NCBI GenBank assembly: GCA_002633005.1
Contig: NMRA01000364.1
Span: 119,075 to 183,074, forward strand
Reading direction: 5' to 3'
DNA length: 64,000 bases
Origin: Phoronis australis
Lineage: Eukaryota > Animalia > Phoronida
Part shown: positions 38,447 to 51,324 of the stretch, piece after piece
How positions within the stretch are numbered: position 1 is the first letter of the stretch
Layout of the letters: every line of letters begins with the position of its first letter
Translations under genes and position numbers: made by a program
The notes under the pieces: model-generated
Database searches by the model: none
Told to the model about the DNA's origin: nothing
What the model saw: only the letters and a program-made list of their open reading frames with translations

Positions 38447-41400
38447 ATGTCCAACCAAGTATGCCCAATGTGTGAAAAACCAGTGTACGCCAGTGAGTAG
38501 AATATCATAGTCAAAAAATTGTCGAATAGTCTGCGTATTTAGCCAAATGTCTAAAGATTTTAGCTAAGTAAACATATATATTTGGAGTAGTCTGTTAACT
38601 AGCCCTTAAGAGCTCTCGCTGGCTCCCTGCGTGTCGCTAGGTGGGGTGGTAGCCCCGCCTGGGCTGAGCACGCAGGGAACCAGCGAGTTAAGAGCTGAGT
38701 ATTGGCTAATATTTGAAGGAACTCTAGGGCCCGATTTATGATTAGTGACTTCAAAACTAAGCGAGGCGATGTATGAAATAAGGTTTCTAGAAAAATCTTG
38801 GTCTCGAAACTCTACATGGGTATTTATCTACAATATTTTGATACGATTGAGATCTCGTTTACTTGAGAAGACCTCCCGGTTTACTGACTACCTTCGGGTC
38901 TGCTAAGGAGACACAGCCGCGGACGCAAAAAAGGAAAAGTCAATAGGGGGCGCATCAGTAGTTGGGCTGTCCCAAAATCAATGTCACACGTAGCCTTGGT
39001 ACAAAGCTGTATATAGATATACAGCTTGCATTTTGACGACAGTCTTCATGCAGCTAGCTGGCTGGCTATGTCACACGTAGCCTTATCGGCAGGAACAGTG
39101 TCAGTTTTAATAATGACGAATACAGAGCAGGACGTCGATAGACAAGAGGTCGGTGTAAATAGACCAAGAGATTTCAATAATAGTTGGACACAATAGCAAA
39201 GGAAACATCTAAGGACACGTGGCAATCATCAGCCTATGAGAGCCAAGAGGTGACCAAACTCAAGGCACGTGATAACTACAGACCAATGAGAAGGCTGGGA
39301 AAGCGACGTGTAGTCCTAATGGAATAGACCGAAATGAGGAGGGGGGGGGGGGGGGGGGNGTAAGATGGATCCATATGCTCACATAAATAAATTTAACGAG
39401 TGAAATACCATTTATGATCGACATCTGTCCCGAATAATATATAAACGATGCGTGCGTCACAAGTTTGTTACCAGAGATGAAAAGGAAACCGAGGTAGGCC
39501 AAAAAAGTCATTTATTATGACTAATACAATTACAAGTAAAGATAGTGAATACAGATATTAAATAAAATTAAAAAATGATAATCTCAGATAAGATGGGTAA
39601 TAAAAAAGCGCCACAAGAGATGTTGTGATACAGCTCATGCCTATCTGCAGGGACGCACGAAATGAGATAAATGAAATGAAAAATTTACAGGACTACTTTT
39701 AAGTGCTGCCAGCCGGATACCCAAACCGGAGGGGGAGGTACGATTGCCCATGGCTGGAACAGGTGCCGGTGTTGTCTCACCCCGTGTCGTGGCGGGAAGA
39801 AATGGATATTTATAAAACAAAGTAAGTGCTAAAGAGACTAAAATATGATATAACAAAATAAAAGGTAAGCTAAAACTCGAATAATAGTTGAAATTGAGAT
39901 ACGGAAGAAACATGGAAATAGTAATGTGGAAATGAAAATTAAAATGGAAAGAGAAACTAAAAAACAAAATACAATGACTAATAGAATCAAAATGGCTAAC
40001 AGACAAAGGTGACAAGCAGAGGTAGAAGGGTAAGTTAAAACTAAATACATACACAAAATCATCGACAGTTGGATAACAAAATGGTTAACATAGTAGAGCT
40101 AGAGTCGACAATATAATTGACTAATTGAGGTAGAGTAACAAGTTAAAGGTAAATGAACACAAAATATAGCTATATAAGGCTAACATGAAGTAATGATGGA
40201 CTAGTAAAGTAACATAAGAAATAAAAAATACATAATGAAATACGAATGAGACTAAGAATGTACAGATATGACGGGGGTGGTGTTAATGGGGAAGGTGCAG
40301 GTAATACTGACACCAGAGGGGAGGTGAAGGGGTTTGTGGTGAAAAAATGGGATGGGGGAGACAAGAGATGGTGAATTGGAGGGGGAAATTAGAGATGAGG
40401 TGGGGGAAACTGACTTGCGGATGCAACCATTGACGGCGTCAGAATTCCAGCGTCCCTTGCGTTGGATGATAGGCACTGGGATGCCGAGAGCGGCTGCATA
40501 GGTGGCGGGGAAGATGCAGAAACTGTGAGACTTGTAGCGTGAGTGGTCAAGACAGGTAGATTCGATGACGGCATTGAGTGTTTGCTGGGTGAAGAAGGAA
40601 CGTGTGACCAGCGAGGAGTCAGCGAGACGGAAAAGCGGTCCGGAAAAATAGTTGGAAAAGTCAGATAGGTCCGGAGGTGAGCAACGGGAAATAATTAAAG
40701 GAGAGGGAGAGGAAGGAATGTGAAGGGTTTTGTGGTACATCTGCAATGGACTCTGGCTTGCCGGTCAATCAAACATAATGAGCCAAATGATATTATAGAA
40801 GGCGCACACACATATTTCTAGCCATCAGATCTCGAGGAATATGTATACCTGATAATTGACCTATCGCCAGAATTTTGATTGATTAGAACGCAGCGTTATT
40901 GACACACCTTCGTTTCCAATCCGGCATTTTACCCGACAAACAACACGTTGCCGAGTAAAACTTATTGTTTGTTAGTCGACATTACGCAAGGGGGCGGAGC
41001 TTGCGATAGGTCAATTTTCTAACCGTAAACATATCCGTGTGTCGATATTCGCTTGACCCGGCGTCGCAACCTCAGAAGTGTCCGACCGCGACTGAGTCTT
41101 CAAAAACTAGGTCAATCATACAATTCTTCTTTCTGCCTCCTCGACCGGGGAAAGTTCTGTTCGGGATGGCATTGTAATGAAGTCTAATGGTTACGTTTTC
41201 TTTAGACGATAATCCCGTTGATTCGCTGAAGTTCAAGTGGCATCGCGGTTGCCTGCGCTGTCAGAAGTGCACGAGGACGCTACCTGCCGGACAACATCAG
41301 ATGGTAAATTTCAACTTCAATCTAGTATAGCAGGGGTGAAAACGATTCCATTACCACCCCTCTAAATTCCAGCTACGAATCCTAAATCTCATTCCAGACA

Positions 41401-44400
41401 AACAACAAACCGGCGCACAAATTCCTCACCGGCGCAAAAAATACTCCATACTCGTGGAAGTTTCGTACCCGGGCACCTGATTCCTAGGTTTAATCTATCT
41501 AAACTATTTATCTCCCGTTCTAGTAGTACGAATTAAAGATAACTACCTACTTTTCTGTACTATATATTACGGTTTACGCATGATGATTGCTAGCTTTAAA
41601 TCATAGACTTAAAGTACGGACTCGGAAATCATAGATTTAGTAATACTGGGGTCATCAACGACAAACCAAGATTAGACAATCGTTCGAGTAAACAATAATG
41701 TACTCGAGCACGGAATAATAGACTCACTTGTTTTAAGTCTCACATAAAAGGAGAACGGAAAATGTCAAAAATCATTACGAGTTCAATTTTGAGCACGAAG
41801 ATTAGAACCCGATCCCAGGGTCCAAGGTCTAATACTGGGCCTCAATCGAGTTTTTGAGTACAGGAATTAGATCCCGGGCTCAGATTCCTTACCTTGTGTT
41901 TAGTCCTCGGGTATGGAGTTTGGGCACTAGATATGAAGTATTTCTGGAATGTGTGGAGAGTTACGCGGAGCAGATATGGACGTCGCCCTACCGCGAGTTT
42001 ACAGGCGGGTTTAATGCTGGAATTTAGAGGCGTGGCCATCGAATTGTTTCAAATATTAATCTGATTTGGTCACGCAGAAGTAGCAAATTGAAACGTTGAT
42101 ATCATAAATCATCTTGAAAACAGTCTTTTTGCTTCACTCTCATGAAATCCTCTTAAACCGAGTTTTGACGAGAAGAATTTGTTTAATTTTTCCCAAATGG
42201 CGCACTTGCAACACGACATGCTTTTTTCAAAATAAGCAGGCTTCAAATGTAAAACTCTGAGGTTTGATTTTAAAGATTTTTAGAAAAGTCGCAAATAGTT
42301 GTTGCCGTTGGTTCAAATGCATTCAAAAATTAAAACGTGGTAGAAATATCTAGAAATTGAAACAAACACCTGTTGTGCAAAAAACCCACGCAGCTTACCG
42401 AAGAATGCTGACATTCCACTTCGTTCAATTGGAAGACAAACATGTCATGACGTTGATCTCTCAGAAATAAGCAGTGTATTCATACTAAATCTTTTCTAGA
42501 GTTTTGAGAACATGCGAGGTCTTCTGTCAAAATAGTCCGAAGCGCAATTGCTACTTACAAACTGTACCTTCCATTTTAAAGACAGCAACCGCACCTGCCA
42601 CACCAAAATCCTTCATAGAACGCCGGAGTCCGGATTGGACGGTCGACAACGAAATCTCGGACGATGCCAAGCCTCAAATGTTACACTGTCCACGGGTTCT
42701 CACTCAGATATTACGTTTATTCGAGAGCCACGCGTTCCCTCCCGTTTTCTGATCGCACAGAGACGGAACTACCTTGGTGTCACAAGCCATGGAGTACCAA
42801 ACTCGTTTTTTGAACGTCTGAGCCCGTTTTAAATCCAGTAACGAGACCTGATCGATGGGTAGGGGCTTAAACGAGCAACTTTGATGGAAAACTTACTAAG
42901 ATTACGATACAGTCCAAGACGTTTTCGAAGAAATTAGGAAAAGTGCGTTCATTTTTTGTCACGTAATATGGGGTCTAATCTTTGTACTTGACATCGAATT
43001 CTAAATTATTTTTGCCATTTTCCATAATGATTCTACTTTTGTGCGAACTTAATAAAAACGTCTATTATCCTGTGCTCCAGTACCTTATGGTTTACTTACA
43101 AAGACGACTGTCTAATTATGATTTGTACTTGAAGACCCAATTGAAATCTGAACTCGAAATCTTAAGGTTTTACTTGAGTTTGTAGCTCGAATCTAGGGGT
43201 CATTTAGTGCGAACTGGAACTAGATACATGAGTTCACCATAATGAATGATATACACTTCTCTTGAGTTCACCCAAACGTATGACGGAAAATGACAAAATA
43301 GCTTCATACAAAGATTAGACCTCGCTCCGGGCCTTGACTTGCGAAAGAATCGTCCTCTGTGCTACTGACACTTCACCAATGTTTGCAGTTCCTCCAAATT
43401 ATCGAAATCTGTCCTAACAGGCAATCCTCGTTGAGTAACTGTCGTTTGTGCATGACCTTTAGCCCTAAAGTGCCGACCATGCGCAATGTGAATCAGTTCA
43501 TTTCACGGTGAAATGTATATGCACTGTTTTTTGCTTTATTGGATTTTACAAATACCAACGACAAGGTTTTCATTTACAGATTTACAAATTTTGTCGGAAC
43601 TGCGTGCCACTACAGCAATGCTGTAGAGGGGCGTAGACGCAGCCAACCACCTTTTTACATCTTAGTGTAGAGTCTATGCACAGTAAGTGACGGTATAGTG
43701 GGGCATAGTCTTGATGCAATAGCTTACAGTATCGATAAACTGCTACGTTGACGACAATTGTCGCCTAATATTCCATATGTCCTGGTCCATTTATTCAAAA
43801 AAGTTGTTGTGAACATGGGGTGGCATTGACTTGACAATGATGAGCAATCATTTTGCCCTATTCTGGGCATTTTGGACTCCCAAACCGCGGCCGACTGTGT
43901 CCCGGATAAAACATGGCAGGCACGAAGTCAGGCGTATGTGCGATCTGTTAGGGTTGGTTGCCACAACGGCAATCAGAGGAAAGTGCGAGTTCGTAGAAAT
44001 GGAGGAGACGGTTAGAGTAAACAACCTACAAAGTGCTCTGTGACAACTGGTCCTCTGCAGTACATCTGAATGTGAGCGAGGATTCAGCGAAATCAATCGG
44101 ATAGTAACAGACGAACGATCTTGTTTGCTGTTAGAAACTACCTTCAGCTCTCTATTTGGCAAGGTCAATTGTCCCCGCTTTACATATTCGACCCTCAACC
44201 TTATGCCGAAACGTGGATTCAACAACACGGAACTGCTGACAGTTCTCAATCCAGATAATCACTTGCAAAATAACAAGACTGCCGACAAAAAGTGTGGAGG
44301 ACTCTGTAGTAATTATATAAAGCACTCTATCTTTGGAGTGGTCACTAGTACCTGGTGTTTTACTATAATTTCAAAATTAAATGAAAAAACATGAACAGCT

Positions 44401-46748
44401 GCTTGCAACAAAACCCTACTTCAAGTTTGTTCACTATATACGAGTGCATCCACGTGTGCAAATTGTATTGGGTACATAGTGTTTGAAGCTCATTGAAACA
44501 TCGGTGCTAGTGTAACATCGTGTTCGTGTAATTAGTCTTTGAAAAGTACGAAGTAACATATGTTCAACGAGTAATGAAATTTTAGATTAATATTTCAAGA
44601 TAAAGTCGCATTTATGGTGTCATACCACAGGCGGATAAAGGGGGACCAAAGGGCCCCGATGACACACCCAACGGGCAACTAAAAAACGCCGCCAGCATAT
44701 CGTTTCTGGGAGTTATGCGCCTATTTTCCTTTAAAATTGTGTTTGTCCCCCCCCCCCCTCCTTCAGAGACCGCATGGAATGCTCGCGGATCTTTGCCTTC
44801 ATACATGTTTGGTTGGGACCCTTTCTGCGACATCCTAGATTCTCCACTGCAGATTCGAAGTAAATAGTTATACCCACTCGTGAGTCAAAAATAGGCCTAC
44901 ATGTTTGTGAGTCAGGTTTTACGAATCCAATGCACTTTTAAAATTCAGTCCTCAAGGTGATATGGTCGGCATTGGGAGCCCACTTACCTCTAATTTTACC
45001 ACTACAGCACTGCGGTGACCACATGGTCCGCCGCCAACTCTGTACATTCTCTAAAATCTGTGATAGTGCGCACAAGATGCAGCCAACACTATTGGCCGGA
45101 AAGTCACTATTCACAAGCAGCCCCTGAAGAAAGTCACGGTTTTGCTTCCGGCAAGTAAGTTGTCTGTCAAGTAACCGGAAAATGACGCCTATTCTGGGAA
45201 TTCCACATGAAAATAACCGCGTGGCTAATCCGTTGTCTGTGATTTATGGTGCCACTAGGTTTTCTACTGTTAAGTTTGCAGTTGTCACTTGGGTTTTATC
45301 CCGTTTTCGAGACTGTACATTGAACTAAATTGGTGTGGTAAGGCATACATTAGCTTCATCAACATCCCAAGAATAGACTTCTCGCAGATGTAGCCGTCAA
45401 TTAGAAATCCACTGATTATTTCAGAAGCTTACTCCATAAAATAGCCTCTGCGCACAGACTGAACGTTGCAATTGTATTTTAGTTTGAAGGCAAGCCGTAC
45501 TGTAACAATCCATGTTACGTGCAAGTGGCCGGGCCTGCAGGTACGTAACTAAGTCGTCATTTTTATTAAACGCTCACCACAGTAAAATGCAACGCGGAAT
45601 CTTGCACGTGCACTTAAATAGGTGCAGAGGTCTCGTTTTAGTCAACATCATTATCCTACTAAAAATCCAACAATGCAGGGTGTCTTTTCTAATAGGAGGT
45701 GGAAAATGGTTAAGATCACAAAGCGCAAGGCGAGGGATGACGAAAGACCTGCGGGTGATTGTGGGGATGATGACAACGGCGGCGGTGTTTGTGACAGTAA
45801 TAATAAAAGTGACAGAAGAATATGATGGTTATGGATGTTACGGTGACAGGTGGTGGTGGTGATGGTGAAGGTGGTGGTGGTGATAATGATCAGTGTTGGG
45901 GTGATACTGCATGTGGCAGTGGTGAAAACAGCTATGATTATGTTGGTGGTGGTGAAGTTGGTGGTGGTGGGACGATGGTGATGACGATGATAGTGGTGAT
46001 GATGGTGTTGATAGCCACTATGACAGTCAGTGGTGGTGATGATGGTGGTGATGATGGTGAAGGTGGCGGTGTTGATGATAGTTATGATGACAGTGATGGT
46101 GGTAACGAGGATGATGGCGATGATGCAGTGGTAAAATAGTTATGTTTATGGCGATGGTGATGGTGATGGTGGTGTGGTGGTGGTGGTGGGACGATGGTGA
46201 TGTTGGTGATGATAGTTATGATAACTGTGGTGGTGATGGTGAAGGTAGTGTTGTTGATGATAGTTATGATGACAGTGGTGATCGTAAGGAGGATGGTGGC
46301 GGTGATGCTGAATGTGGCAGTTATGAAAATAGCTATCATGATGATGGTGGAGGTGGAAGGGTAGAGATGGTGGCGCACGATAGCTATGATGGTGGTGGTA
46401 ATGACAATGATGATAATGATGTGATTATAAGCATAATTTTTGTATTTTCAAATTTAATAATATTTTTTCAGGTTCTGGTGTCCACAATTTTGGTCAAGTG
46501 AGTTAAATATGCTGTACATGGGCATTTTTGCAGTAAAAGTTTCATTTTTAGATTATCTGTTTTGGTAATTTTAATCACAAATGGTTTCGTGTTTAAAAAC
46601 AAGTATTGGTCTTCGTTCTGGCTTTGTGCTTAGAACGATATTGGATTTCTCAAATGGGACTTGATGATACTCCTTTAAATGATTTTATTCAATTTCATAT
46701 AGATATGTAAAATGGCTAACTTCCAGATATTTTACTTTTCAGCGTTAA
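38447..46748 (+). CDS. CRIP-like single-LIM protein, copy 4 (divergent subtype, 77 aa); exons 38447-38492, 41206-41303, 45483-45540, 46472-46497, 46743-46748
   Basis: MSNQVCPMCEKPVYANDNPVDSLKFKWHRGCLRCQKCTRTLPAGQHQMFEGKPYCNNPCYVQVAGPAGSGVHNFGQR. GT-AG introns; paralogous to copy 3 exon by exon; aataaa near 46947. Confidence 0.88.
38615..38687. mobile_element. 73-bp MITE with 19-bp TIR (1 mismatch) and perfect 9-bp TSD
   Basis: ttaagagct[ctcgctggctccctgcgtg...cacgcagggaaccagcgag]ttaagagct. The interior is the reverse complement of that in 14056-14141. Confidence 0.9.
39150..40746 (-). mobile_element. Degenerate tyrosine-recombinase retroelement (DIRS/Ngaro-like) relic in CRIP copy 4 intron 1
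   Basis: Minus-strand GPLFRLADSSLVTRSFF..YKSHSFCIFPATYAAALGIPVPIIQRKGRWNSDAVNGCIR matches the YR C-terminus (HSFRIGAAT..GRW.S.AY..YIR) with catalytic Arg and Tyr both replaced by Cys. The left boundary is approximate. Confidence 0.7.
40855..41016. mobile_element. Small inverted-repeat element
   Basis: Perfect 14-bp inverted repeat aattgacctatcgc / gcgataggtcaatt. Confidence 0.5.
41337..42051. mobile_element. ~715-bp TIR element in CRIP copy 4 intron 2
   Basis: Left tgaaaacgattccattaccacccctctaaattccagc resembles the reverse complement of right gctggaatttagaggcgtggccatcgaattgtttca. Confidence 0.55.
43831..44290 (+). mobile_element. hAT transposase C-terminal relic (KIAA1586/ZNF862-like), disrupted
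   Basis: HGRHEVRRMCDLLGL..AIRG..EFVE, then a stop at 44041-44043, then LCSTSECERGFSEINRIVTDERSCL (hAT dimerization motif), then after a frameshift FDPQPYAETWIQQH. Confidence 0.75.
45765..46425 (+). repeat. Degenerate (GGT/GAT)n low-complexity tract in CRIP copy 4 intron 3
   Basis: ggtggtgatgat runs with a partial internal duplication; these explain the Gly/Asp-rich spurious ORFs. Confidence 0.9.
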
Positions 46749-48934
46749 AACCTGAAAGAGACCAATAATTACTGACCGCTCCTGGACGCCTTTACGGAAC
46801 TCATCCTACACACTTTATCTCGGTTGTTTGCTCCTTTAACTTAACGATATTTTATGAGGACTTATGTGTCCGAAGTCATACTCTTTTACAATACACGATG
46901 GTGTTAACAAACGAATTAATAATCAGAGCTCAATAACCTAGGAAAAAATAAAACAGTATCAAAATGTTCGTATTTTTTATTTAGAATATTACGTGTCATT
47001 AAATTGATGACGTCACCAAGTCGACATTTCTCACCAAGGAGCTTCGGTCCCGAGAGCGACCGCCATGGCATATTCGGCTCTTATAGTATATCTGATTCAA
47101 CATTGTTCGGATGTTTAGCGATGACGTATTTGCCACTACTATGACGCGATCTGGACCGCAAACAGGAATAGAAATGCATAGATACGTCACACTTTGAAAG
47201 TTTTGAAGGTCTTGGTATTCTTTTTTCAATTCAAGTGACCAGAGGGCAATTTAGCACTTATACAAAATTATTTTTTCCATTTATCGGTATGGTCCGACAA
47301 CGGTTGTACCCATTGTATGCTTACTAGAAGTTGAGACGGAATAAGGGTCCATGGCCAGGTAATCGAAGTGCTTAGTACAATTTTACAACAGTAAATCTGA
47401 CCTAAGTATTCATATGTTAATTTTTAATGTCTGTTTTAATCTTATTTGATTGGGTTCAACACGTCAAAATAACCTCATACTAAGCAAGCAAGTACTTCAC
47501 CGGATGGCCTGAGCGTCTAGTGCACGTATCGGATCACCTAGAACTGCCAAACTAAATGTCTTGGAAATCGAAAGGCATGCAGAACAAATGAAGGCCAGTT
47601 ATTATAAAACAAAAAAGTCTCTTGACACTGCTTTTAGTGCTCGATAGTACAAGATAATGTCATGCTGAAAATACAGCATGTTGTCACATGGGCAGATAAT
47701 CTGACCGGATCTAAGTAAGATAATAGTACTAGCGTTGGCTTACCAAGTCAAATGGCTACACATTCCTGAAGAGCAGCATTACGTTCCAACAGAGGGCGCC
47801 TGAGGTTATCAACCAATAGTCAACAACGACTGTTGCCGTTTTAACATATTTCCATGATAAATGTTCAAAAATCAGAGTGTTTCTATGTAGACTCAAAAAC
47901 GTATCAGTCAGACATGAGTAGTATTGTTCCTGATAATAAAATGGAAAAATGTAGCTTGTCTGTTGTTTTAGCACAGACTTTCATCCATTTCTAATGATTT
48001 CTTTTGTAATTTTACCTACTTAGTCCGAGAAAATAATTGGGTTAATCGTTTGACTGTAAAGGTCAGTAGACATACCGTTCGCGATCCTACCAGGAATTTT
48101 CAACACTGCAGCTCTCTGAAACTACATAGTGGAAATGACAATTTACTTGTAAAAAGATCAAACTATTGACGTTTTCATTTCAACCTTTGACTAACCTTCA
48201 TGTCTGTATCAGGACAATTTCCTGTTGCGAATTCCCACCAGTGGATGTTGTCTTTTGTTTGCTGTCTATAGACATGCAGAAGCTTTGTGCCAGAAACATG
48301 TTCTTTATGGAAATGCCGTGTATGAATGAAGTACTCAGTCCTCTCTGTACATGACTGCCGACATCACCCACGACTCCATGTCCTGCAGGCAGATAATGAC
48401 TAGAAACATGTCAGTACCACATTTACAATTTCTTGCTTAGTGTGACGCCATTTTGACGTTTTGGGTCCAGTTAAACAAAATTAATAAGCGAAAAACTTAA
48501 AAAACAATGATAATGATAATTTTTCCAGACTTGTGTAGCGCTGTAAATTACCAAATACTTCGAAAATTATTACCTAGCTATGGACCTGGTCAATATAAAT
48601 CTTTTTCAACTTCCCCAGAGCATGCACGGTGAAACTGTTGTCGGTGCACATCAATTACTCCAAACACATAATGATGTCAAAATTTCAAGTGCTAAATCAC
48701 CTCCGTTGTTACCTGAATGGGAAAAAATCCAAAACATCTAAAGTTTTCAAAAATATGATGCGACTGCATTTCTGTTCCTAATTGTGGGTTCAAATCGCGT
48801 AATAATCAGTGTCAGATACGTCATCGCTAAACATCCGAATACTCAAAGTGTGAACTCATCAACACAAGTGCAGTTTCAGAGCGTGTATTTGTCTCACTTA
48901 AAATCAATTTGGCTTTAAGTAACACAAACCCCAC

Positions 48935-49273
48935 AGTATGCTAAACCTTGTTTCGATGATTCTCACTAATCGTCATACTGTCACCTGCTAATGTATCATT
49001 GGCGTCAATGTTCCAAGTCAAACGCAAGAATCAATTAAAAACTCATACACCTGTACTCCTTTTGTCACAGACTGGACATTATGGTTCTTGGTGGGTGGTC
49101 TATTCATACAGTTGCCGTGTAATTCGCAGAGTGCGTAGTTCACGCTTACTTGTTTTGCAGACATTGAAAGGAGTTTTCGTAATTTCCTCCAAACTTTCGA
49201 GGGTTGTCGAGAGTTGTGAAAATCGTTTTTAGTATCTGTTCATAGGTCAGTACCAGGTTTGGTATCCTTTTAA
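48935..49273 (+). mobile_element. TTAA-associated (Kolobok-like) MITE, copy 1 of 3
   Basis: Colinear with 52840-53207 and 55292-55624; ends in caggtttggtatccttttaa. Confidence 0.7.
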
Positions 49274-51324
49274 CATTCAACATTGAATCTGCCGCACTAA
49301 TTCTCGAGAAATCGATAAAAACCCGATCCATTAGGCAAGCGAAAATGGTGGTCACGCGACCTACCTGGTGGTTTATTTGTTGTGAAACGACTGTGGGCAT
49401 CATGAAGCTGTGTTGGGAGGGGCACTGACCTGTTTACGGATACCGGGAATTTCTAACAGTGAGCCCCATAGCGTATATTGGACATGGAGAGCCAGTATCG
49501 CAATTTGAGTTTGTAGAACCAATCCTACCGAAAGTTGTTACTTGTTTACTTTGTCGATAAGCCAAAAATTTAGTGTACATTTTGTATGCCTATTTTCTCG
49601 TGCTAATATATTTTAAATTGTTAAAATTTATAAAAATAATAACAAATATTTTATTTCGGCCCCGATGTACCTATATTCTGAAACCGGTGCACGTCAGCAG
49701 AAACGAAACCTAGCGCGTGACACCGTTACTCATGCTTCAGATCAGACCCATTAGTTGCTCAATTGTGACGGCGGCTTAGTCTCAGTCTCCAAAGCAGTAT
49801 GATCGCCGGGGATATTCCAGGCAGTCATCGTAACCAATATTTCAATTCGAACAAAGGATATAAGAAAGCAAATTGTTTGGGGGTGAATATACTCTGAAGA
49901 ATGGCGGTGTTTTTTAACGATAGATCATGTAAGGACTTTATTTCTACTGTATCGATACCTGTCGAATAAATCCAATCTAAAGGATAAACAAGGCACCTGA
50001 ACTATGTAAACGTAATTATTCCGAAATCCGTGGGATTGACATCGAGTTTCCATCGCGACGATTATTGAATCGATAAAGCTAAGCGCTGGCTCGTAGCATT
50101 TGATGATGATTGAGCGGCAATTGAGGGACAGCCAAGTCCTTCCAAGTGGACTCCAAGTGTTTGGATAATCGAGCAAAATGTGAAAAGACTCAAGGTAAGG
50201 TTGGACGTTTGAGCTTTTTGCATCAAAATTTCAATGCGTGTGTACTTTCACTGGAGTTTGTGTGCCGTTCACCAGATTCATTAAAAAAGTTTGGATAACC
50301 ACAAAGTAAGTTGTAGTCCTCCCAGGTATGGTGACATCACAATCCCCAAATTAGAGGCAATATAAACAAACTGACTAGATACTTAACCGTGTTTGATCTC
50401 ATTTACCTTTAACTGTGTGCTTTGAATTATTGCCAAAACTGTGATTATCGATTTGCCTTGTGACTAGGATTTTGATGCGTCACACTTTGCCAAATACATG
50501 TGATGTAAAAATCTCTTAATTTGGTTGTGTGTTGTCGAATAGTTACTTTCTAGAACCCTGTCTGAGATGAACACACAAAAGTTGTAATCCGAAATACTAA
50601 CACACGCTCCCCAGCCTATAAAACATATTAAGTTCTCGCGTTAAGTAGAAAGTGTCATAATCCCTCCAAGTTGAACCAAATTCATGGCGCACGTATAATT
50701 TTGATGCTTCCTTATGTTTCTTTGAGTTTAAACTTGGTGCGTCACTTTGCCACACAAATGTGTGCAGTTTGGATAACGAGGAAAACGTTTTTGTTCTGCG
50801 TTTGCCGGACTCACTACGCAGAGTCAGTCCGCTGCCTATGCTGAGGGGACACTGTGCGCGTTGAGGCCACTGGCACCAGACTACGGTCTTCAGTAGCCAA
50901 CTAAATGTAAATTAATGTCACTTTTGTGAAACGGGATTGCTAGTGGTTAGTGGTCGATATCCCACTATAAAAACTGTCGATACTGTACGAATGCACTTCA
51001 CGTCGCACAATACAATGCGAAATTACAATTATTATGTTTGTTCAAATGGTTGCAGCAAATTAAACTCGCTACGAAATGTCTCAATCCTTTGTATACCTGT
51101 GTGTCGGTAAATTGAGTGCTAGAAGTACAGACGACGAAATGGGCGAGTCGGGACTGTTTGGATTTTAAATTATGATACGTTGCGTTTTCTGATCAAGTGC
51201 TACACACGTTAGACATTTATCTTTTAATATATGACAAAACTTGAACGAGGATGCTGAAACGAGGTGAAAGATATTCTTGTACTGTATTTTAGAGGTGACC
51301 TGTCAAAGATTGTACTCGGACAAG

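Noticed and set aside
42504-42752. Possible THAP-domain relic (TVPSIL)
   Set aside because: No C2CH ligand pattern is recoverable; a single short motif is not enough.
45822-46501. Gly/Asp-rich ORFs as acidic biomineralisation proteins
   Set aside because: They lie within CRIP copy 4 intron 3, derive from a GGT/GAT tract, are broken by stops and lack a signal peptide.
48196-48382. GHGVVGDVGSHV on the minus strand as the tail of a fifth CRIP
   Set aside because: No minus-strand LIM exons (CxxC, WH..C, PYC) were found upstream.
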